From assembly GCA_041671505.1 (NCBI GenBank), contig JBAZBK010000009.1:1-64000 (forward strand): 64,000 nucleotides of DNA. Reading direction: 5' to 3'. A model generated the notes under the pieces. That model ran no database searches. It worked only from the letters and a program-made list of their open reading frames with translations, and was not told where the DNA came from. Position numbers and translations under genes: made by a program. The DNA is from Thermoanaerobaculia bacterium. Lineage in GTDB: Bacteria; Acidobacteriota; Thermoanaerobaculia; Gp7-AA8. Positions within the stretch are counted from its first letter, which is position 1. Each line of letters begins with the position of its first letter. This document shows positions 51,617-58,329 of the stretch, piece after piece.

Positions 51617-52900
51617 ATGAAGGCGATCCCGCACATCTCCGCGCTCAGCGCCACCGTCACCGCCCCTGCCTCAAAATCGCTGACCGCTCGCGCGCTTCTC
51701 CTTGCGTCGATGACCGAGGGGGAGACGACGATCACGAATGCGCTCGACTGCGACGACGCGCGCTACATGTACGAGGCGCTGCGGAAGATGGGCTTCGCGG
51801 TGCGCGGCTCGTTCAAGGAGGGCATCACGATCGGGCCGCGCCTCTCGATGACCGCGAACGAGCTCGAGCTCTCGGTCGGCAACGCCGGCACCGCGATGCG
51901 CTTCCTCACCGGCTACCTGAACTTCACGCCTGGGCGGTTCCTGTTGACGGGTGACAAGCGGATGCTCGAGCGCCCGATCGGCGACCTCGTCGAATCGCTC
52001 GTCTCGATTGGTGGAGAGGTCGAATACGCCGATCCGCTCCGCGAAGGCTTCCCTCCGCTCCGCATCCGCGGCAAGAAGGTGCGGGGCGGCTTCGAGGTCG
52101 CCGTCACGGGCGAGACGTCGAGCCAGTTCGTGTCGGCGCTGATGATGGCGGGCGCGGGGCTTCCCGACGGCCTCACGCTGCGGGCCGCGTCGCTCTCGTC
52201 GCGGCCCTACGTCGAGCTGACGCGCGACATCCTCCAGGAGTTCGGCGCGAGCGTGGTCGAGGTCTCGCCTAACGTCTGGAAAGTGCACGCCGCGCGGCTG
52301 GAGAAGGCGGGCTACGAGGTCGAGGGCGACTGGTCGAGCGCCTCGTACTGGCTCGCGGCCGGCGCGATCCTCGGCGGGCCGATGACCGTCGAGGGAATCC
52401 GCCGCGACTCGGGGCAGGGCGACCGCAGGTTCGTCGACATCCTCGTCGCGATGGGCTGCCGCGCCGACTGGTCGGAGCGCTCGGTGAGGCTCTCGGGCCC
52501 GGAGCGTCTCGGGGGAGGCAGCTTCGACTGCAACGCGACTCCCGACATCGTGCCGACGCTCGCCGCGATCGCGCCGTTCGCGACCGCGCCGGTCGAGATC
52601 ACCGGCATCGGGCACCTTCGCGTGAAGGAGTCGGACCGGATCGACTCGGTGGCGGGCGAGCTCGCGAAGCTCGGCGCGCGCGTCGAGACGGGACCCGACT
52701 GGATGCGTGTCACGCCTGGCCTCGGCGAAGGGCCGGTGACGATCGACCCGCACGACGACCACCGCCTCGCGATGTGCTTCGCGATCGCAGGGCTCCGCCG
52801 CGGCGGCGTCTCGATCGACAACGAACACGTCGTCGCGAAGTCGTATCCCCGATTCTGGCGAACGCTCGACGAGGTCACGGCCGCGGCGCGGCCGAATTGA
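51617..52900 (+). CDS. aroA: 3-phosphoshikimate 1-carboxyvinyltransferase (EPSP synthase).
   Basis: ATG 51617. Motifs are KSLTARALLLASMTEGETTI, LGNAGTAMRFL, GDWSSASYWL and RVKESDRI. The product is 427 aa. Confidence 0.9.
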   Translation: MKAIPHISALSATVTAPASKSLTARALLLASMTEGETTITNALDCDDARYMYEALRKMGFAVRGSFKEGITIGPRLSMTANELELSVGNAGTAMRFLTGYLNFTPGRFLLTGDKRMLERPIGDLVESLVSIGGEVEYADPLREGFPPLRIRGKKVRGGFEVAVTGETSSQFVSALMMAGAGLPDGLTLRAASLSSRPYVELTRDILQEFGASVVEVSPNVWKVHAARLEKAGYEVEGDWSSASYWLAAGAILGGPMTVEGIRRDSGQGDRRFVDILVAMGCRADWSERSVRLSGPERLGGGSFDCNATPDIVPTLAAIAPFATAPVEITGIGHLRVKESDRIDSVAGELAKLGARVETGPDWMRVTPGLGEGPVTIDPHDDHRLAMCFAIAGLRRGGVSIDNEHVVAKSYPRFWRTLDEVTAAARPN

Positions 52901-52925
52901 AAATTGAGAATTGAAGTTTGAGAGA
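52894..52925. repeat. GAATTGA-type heptamer arm (E8) overlapping the aroA stop.
   Basis: gaattgaaaattgagaattgaagtttgagag. Its inverted partner is cccaattctcaattcc at 54084..54110 (E9). Confidence 0.5.
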
Positions 52926-52937
52926 TGACGGAGGCCG

Positions 52938-53111
52938 ATGATGAGTGATCGCACGAACGACCCCCGACCAATCCCTCAGCCGCAGCCCGACTACAACCGC
53001 GTGATGCGCACCTGTCCCGTCTGCTCGAGGGAGCTCGAGGAGCGGAAGTGCAAGCTGATCTGCACCGACCCGCGCTGCGGCTATTACATGTCGTGCGCCG
53101 ATTTCTATTGA
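52938..53111 (+). CDS. Small zinc-ribbon protein (57 aa), hypothetical.
   Basis: ATGATG at 52938 carries a GGAGG Shine-Dalgarno sequence 4 nt upstream. The product is MMSDRTNDPRPIPQPQPDYNRVMRTCPVCSRELEERKCKLICTDPRCGYYMSCADFY with a CxxC...C...CxxC arrangement. It is absent from the six-frame track, probably because it is under the length cutoff. Codon usage is GC3-rich. Confidence 0.5.
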   Translation: MMSDRTNDPRPIPQPQPDYNRVMRTCPVCSRELEERKCKLICTDPRCGYYMSCADFY

Positions 53112-53184
53112 GCGCGATCACAGACCGTTGTTGTGGCTCCGGATCGCGCGGCCCGGGCACCGTTTGCGGCGCGCAGCGCCGGGA

Positions 53185-53334
53185 CATCGGTAGCCCCCGC
53201 CTTCAGGCGGGGGTTGGCGCCGCGAGGGACGAACCGCGCCGCTTCAGCGGCGCGAGCATCGTCGGCGGTGGCGCCGCTCAAGCGGCGCCCTGACGTGGCT
53301 TCCGGTCGTAGCCCTGAAGCCGGGGGCTACCGAT
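53185..53334. repeat. MITE-like element, GGTAGCCCC family copy 2.
   Basis: The left end is catcggtagcccccgccttcaggcgggggttggc and the right end is gtagccctgaagccgggggctaccgatg. Internal hairpins are gcgccgcttcagcggcgc and ggcgccgctcaagcggcgcc. The architecture matches 39138..39277. Confidence 0.6.
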
Positions 53335-53430
53335 GTGTCGCCGCGCCGCGGCGAAGCGTCGGCAGTCGTGCCGGGGTCCCGAGGGTAGGACGCGAGGCGG
53401 TTGTTCCGCCCCGGTCCTATACTCGTCCCC

Positions 53431-53910
53431 ATGATCGCCATACGCCCTCGCCCGCTCTTCGTCTCTGTCGCGGTGTCGCTGATGCTTGCCGCGCGGCTGT
53501 TCGCCGGCGACTTGATTCAGTTCACTGCCAACTCCATCGTCTGGAAAGCGGGTCCAGCCTCGGCGCCTCCCGGAGCGCGATCGGCGCTGCTTGAAGGCGA
53601 TCCCGCGAGCGATGCGATCTTCACGGTCCGCGTCGACTTCCCGCCCGGCTACCTGATCCCGCTGCACACACACGGCCGCGACGAGCGGGTGACGGTGATC
53701 AGCGGCGCGGTGTTCGTCGGAATCGGCGACGCGGTCGACCGCGCGAAAGAGACCCGGTTTGCCGCCGGCTCCTACTACGTGACGCCGACGCCGATCCGCC
53801 ACTGGGTGCGCACGGGCGACGAGGGGGCCGTCATTCAGATCACCGGGCACGGCCCCTGGACCGTCGAGTACGTGAATCCTGCGGACGACCCGCGGAACGC
53901 GGGGAAATGA
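53431..53910 (+). CDS. Secreted cupin-domain protein.
   Basis: ATG 53431 (MIAIRPRPLFVSVAVSLMLAARLFAGD signal). The cupin motif region is PPGYLIPLHTHGRDERVTVISGAVFVGIGD. Confidence 0.65.
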   Translation: MIAIRPRPLFVSVAVSLMLAARLFAGDLIQFTANSIVWKAGPASAPPGARSALLEGDPASDAIFTVRVDFPPGYLIPLHTHGRDERVTVISGAVFVGIGDAVDRAKETRFAAGSYYVTPTPIRHWVRTGDEGAVIQITGHGPWTVEYVNPADDPRNAGK

Positions 53911-54083
53911 AATCGGCCCCGTCGGGGCGCACGGCTCGATGTGGCGCAGGCACTCCTGCCTGCGCGCCGCCGAAGGCGACCGGCCCCTCCAATCGCGAGC
54001 CGCGACAGATGGCGGCGCTTCGTCCCGCCCCGCGGGACAGGCAGGAGTGCCTGCGCCACACGCACGAGCTCGCGCGCGCTCTC

Positions 54084-54110
54084 GATTCTGAATTCCCAAT
54101 TCTCAATTCC
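54084..54110. repeat. GAATTGA-type heptamer arm (E9) immediately upstream of the GMC oxidoreductase start.
   Basis: tctgaattcccaattctcaattcc lies 18 nt before ATG 54128. Confidence 0.5.
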
Positions 54111-54127
54111 GCCTCATAATCGCCCTC

Positions 54128-55735
54128 ATGTCAGAGACGCGCGACTACGTGATCATCGGCTCCGGCTTCGGCGGGAGCGTCTCGGCGATGCGGCTCGTCG
54201 AGAAGGGCTACTCGGTGCTCGTGCTCGAGCGGGGGCGCCGCTTCCGCGACGAGGACTTCGCGAAGACGACCTGGCGCGCGCGCCGCTACCTCTGGGCTCC
54301 CTGGTTCCGCTGCTTCGGCATCATGCAGATCTCTCCCTTCCGGAACGTCTTCGCGCTCCACGGCGCGGGCGTCGGCGGCGGCAGCCTCGGTTACGCGAAC
54401 GTCCTGATGAAGCCCGACGACAAGCTTTTCGCCGCGCCGGCGTGGAAGGAGCTGCAGGACTGGAAGCGCGAGCTCGACCCGCACTACGAGACGGCGAGGC
54501 GGATGTTAGGCGTAACCCCCAACCCCCGAATGAGCGCGGCCGACGACGTGCTGAAGAACGTCGCGCAGGCGATGGGGGTCGGCGCGACGTTCAAGCCAAC
54601 CGAGGTCGGCGCGTTCTTCGGCGAGCCGGGGAAGGAAGGGGAGGAAGTCCCCGATCCCTACTTCGGCGGCGAAGGCCCCGCGCGAAAAGGGTGCATCCAC
54701 TGCGGCGGCTGCATGGTCGGCTGCCGGCACAACGCGAAGAACACCCTGGTGAAGAACTACCTCTGGTTCGCGGAGAAGCGCGGCGCGGAGGTGAGGCCCG
54801 ATTGCATCGTGCGCGACGTGCGTCCCCTCCCCGCCGGCCAGGCCGACGGTGCGAGGTACGAGGTGGTCTATCGGCGGACGAGCGGGATCCTCCGTCGCGC
54901 GACGCGCGTCGTCCGCGGGCGCAACGTCGTCGTCTCGGCCGGCGCGTTAGGGACGATGCGGCTCCTCTTCCGCTGTCGCGACGTCACGCGCTCGCTCCCG
55001 AAGATCTCGAATCGGCTCGGCGACCTCGTACGCACGAACAGCGAGGCGCTGCTGGGCGGCGTCGCGCGGAGCCGCGACGTCGACTACTCGAAGGGAATCG
55101 CGATCACGTCGATCTTCCAGCCCGATCCCGTCACGAACGTCGAGCCGGTCCGCTATTCGGCCGGCTCGTCGCTGATGCGCTTCCTCGCGGGGCCGCTCAT
55201 CGACGGCGGGAACATCCCGATCCGGCTCGCCAAGTCGCTCTGGAACATCGTCACCCGGCCGATCGACTTCGCGCGCACGCACCTTCTCCCCGGCTGGGCG
55301 GAGCGGACGACGATCCTTCTCGTGATGCAGACCGAGGACAATCGCCTTCGCATGCGCCTCGGGCGGAGCCTCTTCACCGCGTTCATGAAGAACCTCGTCT
55401 CGTTCCCCGACGAGCAGTCGAGCGTGCCGCCAAAGGTCGAGATCGGACACGAGGTGACGAAGCGCTACTGCGAAGCAACGGGATCGATCCCGCTCGGCTC
55501 GGTCAACGAGGGTCTCCTCAACATTCCGCTCACCGCGCACATCCTTGGCGGCGTTCCCTTCGGCACGAACGACGCCGACGGCGTGATCAGTCTCGACTGC
55601 CAGCTCCACAACTACCCGGGGATCTACATCGTCGACGGCTCGATCATGCCCGCGAATCCCGGTGTGAACCCGAGCCTCACGATCACCGCCCTCGCGGAGT
55701 ACGCGATGAGCCGGGTGGCGGTGAAGGCGAATTGA
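54128..55735 (+). CDS. GMC-family FAD-dependent oxidoreductase (cholesterol-oxidase/choline-dehydrogenase-like).
   Basis: ATG 54128. The Rossmann FAD motif is DYVIIGSGFGGSVSAMRL, with a GMC C-terminal region (...IYIVDGSIMPANPGVNPSLTITALAEYA). The product is 535 aa. Confidence 0.85.
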   Translation: MSETRDYVIIGSGFGGSVSAMRLVEKGYSVLVLERGRRFRDEDFAKTTWRARRYLWAPWFRCFGIMQISPFRNVFALHGAGVGGGSLGYANVLMKPDDKLFAAPAWKELQDWKRELDPHYETARRMLGVTPNPRMSAADDVLKNVAQAMGVGATFKPTEVGAFFGEPGKEGEEVPDPYFGGEGPARKGCIHCGGCMVGCRHNAKNTLVKNYLWFAEKRGAEVRPDCIVRDVRPLPAGQADGARYEVVYRRTSGILRRATRVVRGRNVVVSAGALGTMRLLFRCRDVTRSLPKISNRLGDLVRTNSEALLGGVARSRDVDYSKGIAITSIFQPDPVTNVEPVRYSAGSSLMRFLAGPLIDGGNIPIRLAKSLWNIVTRPIDFARTHLLPGWAERTTILLVMQTEDNRLRMRLGRSLFTAFMKNLVSFPDEQSSVPPKVEIGHEVTKRYCEATGSIPLGSVNEGLLNIPLTAHILGGVPFGTNDADGVISLDCQLHNYPGIYIVDGSIMPANPGVNPSLTITALAEYAMSRVAVKAN

Positions 55736-55745
55736 GAATTACTAA
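55728..55745. repeat. GAATTGAGAATT heptamer arm (E10) containing the GMC stop codon.
   Basis: gcgaattgagaattacta, with the stop TGA at 55733-55735 inside the repeat. Confidence 0.45.
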
Positions 55746-57076
55746 CTATCCTGCCTCGCCCACTCGTCCCGCGTCAGGTTCTCGACGCCGCTGTCGGTGA
55801 CGATCACGTCGTCCTCGATGCGGATTCCGCCGTACTTGTGGAACGCGGCGACCTTCTCCCACGCGACGTCCTTCGCGTGCGGTCCCTTCTTCACCTCGTC
55901 CAGGAGCGAGTCGATGAAGTAGATGCCCGGCTCGATCGTGAAGGCCATGTCCTTCTCGACGATGCGCGTCAGGCGGAGGTAGGGATGTCCCTCGGGTTTC
56001 GGGATCGTCGTGCCGCTCGCGTCGGCGGAGAAGCCGGCGACGTCGTGGACCTGAAGGCCGATGAGATGCCCGATGCCGTGCGGGAAGAAGGCGGAGGAGA
56101 TCCGCTTCTCGACCGCGGCCTCGGGCGAGCAGTTGATGAGGCCGAAGTCGGAGAGGATCTTCGCCGTCTGGTGGTGCGTCGCGAGGTGGATCGACTTGTA
56201 GTCGACGCCCGGCTTCACCATCGCGACGAGGCGGAGCTGCATCGCGTCGACCGCGGCGATGAGCGCGGCGAACTCGTCCTCGCGCTGCGCCCAGGTGCGG
56301 GTGATGTCGCATGCGTAGCCGTTGACCTGCGCGCCGGCGTCGATGAGGAACGAGTGACGCTCGGCCTCGCCCAGCGGCTGGCGCTCGGTGTCCATGTAAT
56401 GGAGCACCGCGGCGTTGCGGTTCATCGCGATGATGTTGCCGTAGGGGAGCTCGTGCTCCATGTGTCCCGAGGCGCTGAGGTACTCGAGATGGATCTCGAA
56501 CTCGGAGGCGCCCGCGGCGAAGGCATCCGCGGCGGCGATGTGTGCGCGGACTCCCTTCACGGTCGCAGCGCGCATGCACGCAGCCTCGTACGGGGTTTTC
56601 CTCGAGCGATCGAAGTGAAGCGGATTGAGGAGCGCCGGAGGATTCGCCGCCTCGAACGCCCAGTCGTCGAAGATCGGATCCCACTCGCCGACGAAGGCGC
56701 AGCGCCCGCTCGTAGGCATGTGCTGCTTCGCCTCTTCGGGCGTCGCGATCGACACGATGTCGAACTGCCCGACCCAGTAGCCCTCGGGCTCGCCTGCCAC
56801 CTTGTGCCAGTAGTCGACCGGCCGGTTGTAGACGAACTTCGGCCGCTCGCCCGGCGTGTAGACGACGAAGCAGAAGGGATTGTCGACGACCGGCGCCCAG
56901 TACTTCACGTGCGGGTTCGCCTTGAACGGATAGTCCATGTCGTCGAGGAAGATCGTGTGCGGATTTCCTGCGAAGGCGACGAAGTGGTCGAACCCGCTGG
57001 CCGCGAGAGCCTTGTCGTGGCGGGCCTTCAGAGTTGCGACGTGCGCGGGGTAGAGCGAAGCGAGCGTGTTCGTCAT
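55742..57076 (-). CDS. pepQ: Xaa-Pro dipeptidase (prolidase, M24B).
   Basis: ATG 57076. The product is 444 aa and is collinear with E. coli PepQ (LASLY...H...TL, FLDD.PYPFK.NP, YW..V, DAGA..NGYA.D.TRTW, HGIGH.LGLQVHDV, IEPG.YFI.SLL, GGIRIED.V). Confidence 0.85.
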   Translation of the reverse strand: MTNTLASLYPAHVATLKARHDKALAASGFDHFVAFAGNPHTIFLDDMDYPFKANPHVKYWAPVVDNPFCFVVYTPGERPKFVYNRPVDYWHKVAGEPEGYWVGQFDIVSIATPEEAKQHMPTSGRCAFVGEWDPIFDDWAFEAANPPALLNPLHFDRSRKTPYEAACMRAATVKGVRAHIAAADAFAAGASEFEIHLEYLSASGHMEHELPYGNIIAMNRNAAVLHYMDTERQPLGEAERHSFLIDAGAQVNGYACDITRTWAQREDEFAALIAAVDAMQLRLVAMVKPGVDYKSIHLATHHQTAKILSDFGLINCSPEAAVEKRISSAFFPHGIGHLIGLQVHDVAGFSADASGTTIPKPEGHPYLRLTRIVEKDMAFTIEPGIYFIDSLLDEVKKGPHAKDVAWEKVAAFHKYGGIRIEDDVIVTDSGVENLTRDEWARQDS

Positions 57077-57090
57077 GGTCGGACGAGCAT

Positions 57091-57128
57091 AGAAGAAGAA
57101 TCGAGAATTGAGAATTGAGAATTGAGAG
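57091..57128. repeat. GAATTGA x4 heptamer arm (E11), the left outer arm of the composite element upstream of pepQ.
   Basis: gaagaagaatcgagaattgagaattgagaattgagag. Its inverted partner E12 is at 57447..57474. Confidence 0.7.
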
Positions 57129-57207
57129 AGGGCAGGGTTGGTAGGGGGGGCGGGAAGCGCCGATTCCGGCGCTAGAGGGGTTTCCCTTTCATCGCGGAGC
57201 GTTCGGA

Positions 57208-57374
57208 TTGTCATCCCGACGAACGATCCCGCGGAGCGGGAGCGAGAGGAGGGATCTCGCAGGCTGGTACAGTCGAGGTTCGTCGCGAACTCGGTGGCTC
57301 GTGGCACGGGAGTACTAGCCTGCGAGGTCCCTCCTCCTTCCCCCGCTTCGCGGGGTCAGTCGTCGGGACGACAA
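57208..57374. repeat. Long imperfect palindrome with arms of about 62 bp and a 41-bp centre, nested between E11 and E12. A possible structured RNA or MITE.
   Basis: The left arm is ttgtcatcccgacgaacgatcccgcggagcgggagcgagaggagggatctcgcaggctggtac. The right arm gtactagcctgcgaggtccctcctccttcccccgcttcgcggggtcagtcgtcgggacgacaa is its reverse complement with about 8 mismatches. Confidence 0.65.
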
Positions 57375-57446
57375 CTCCGTTGGACGTCGCCGTTACGAAT
57401 CAGTGAAGGAAAGCTCGGGGCGTTCGATACGAACGCGTCTCCACGT

Positions 57447-57474
57447 CTCTCAATCCCTAATTCTCAACTCTCAC
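57447..57474. repeat. Heptamer arm E12 (CTCTCAAT...TTCTCAACTCTC), the right outer arm. It overlaps the stop of the 57457..57825 gene.
   Basis: ctctcaatccctaattctcaactctcac is the reverse complement of the E11 GAGAATTGAG repeats. Confidence 0.6.
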
Positions 57475-57825
57475 CTCGCCGCCCGCGGCGGCGCAGCGAG
57501 CGCGCTCCTCGCAGGCCGCGATCTGCATCTCGAGCTCGATGACGAGCTTGTCGAGGCGGCAGGCGACGTCGGTCGCGATCGGGAGGATGAGCTTCGACGC
57601 GTCGAACTCGGCGAAGAAGCGCGAGCGGATGCCGTCGAACCAGAGCTTTTCGAGAAATGCGCGAAATCGCGCGACGAGCGCGGCATCGGGCTGCATGGCG
57701 GGCCAGAGCTCCGCCGGGGCGAGATTGCCGAGGGCAACTTCGTCGAAACGGGCAGCCGCGTCGCGAAGGTCGCGGGCGAGCTCTCGTGCGGTGGCGATGT
57801 GATGGCGGCGGTGCTGGGAGGTCAT
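57457..57825 (-). CDS. Hypothetical protein (122 aa).
   Basis: ATG 57825 (MTSQHRRHHIATARELARDLRDAAARFDEVALGNLAPAELWPAMQPDAALVARFRAFLEKLWFDGIRSRFFAEFDASKL...). It is GC3-rich with a balanced composition. The overlapping 57464..57985 ORF in another frame is Arg/Pro-rich and less plausible. Confidence 0.45.
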   Translation of the reverse strand: MTSQHRRHHIATARELARDLRDAAARFDEVALGNLAPAELWPAMQPDAALVARFRAFLEKLWFDGIRSRFFAEFDASKLILPIATDVACRLDKLVIELEMQIAACEERARCAAAGGEVRVEN

Positions 57826-58092
57826 TGTTGCGGGGCGCGCGTGCGGCGCCGAATATGAAACCGAAGCAACGTTCGGTAATTCCGGCCCCAGTGAATTGTT
57901 TCCGGGTGACCAGGGCCAGGCGGTGATACGAGACCGCCGGCCGTGTGGTTGCGCTCACGTCGGAGTGTTCAGGGCGGTGAGGCAACCAGTTTCGTCAACG
58001 CGGGATCGTGTTTGCGAGTTTGTTGCAGGAGAGGGCGAATCGTGCGTTCAAGAGTGGAGTGCCTGGTTCGCTCGCACGCCGAAGGCGTGCAA

Positions 58093-58281
58093 GAAGGTAG
58101 CCCCGGGTCGCTCCGCGCAGCGGGGCGACCCGGGGTCAACGGACCGAAATCATCCCGCACCCCGGCAGGGGTGCCAGAGCGGGCATGCGGTCGATCGCTG
58201 GCACCCCTGCCGGGGTGCGCACCCGCGCATTCCTCGATACCGGGGGTCGCCCCGCTGCGCGGAGCGACCCCCGGCTACCTT
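58093..58281. repeat. MITE-like nested-palindrome element, GGTAGCCCC family copy 3.
   Basis: The left end is aaggtagccccgggtcgctccgcgcagcggggcgacccggggtcaac and the right end is taccgggggtcgccccgctgcgcggagcgacccccggctacctt. The inner IR is gcaccccggcaggggtgcc ... ggcacccctgccggggtgc. Confidence 0.6.
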
Positions 58282-58329
58282 CTGACATCCCTCCGGGATG
58301 TCGGAAGCGAATCGGCCAAGCTCCTCCGC

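Noticed and set aside
51671-53187. Minus-strand ORFs 51671..52954 and 52312..53187 antisense to aroA and the small zinc-ribbon ORF.
   Set aside because: Antisense to a full-length EPSP synthase. The products are low complexity.
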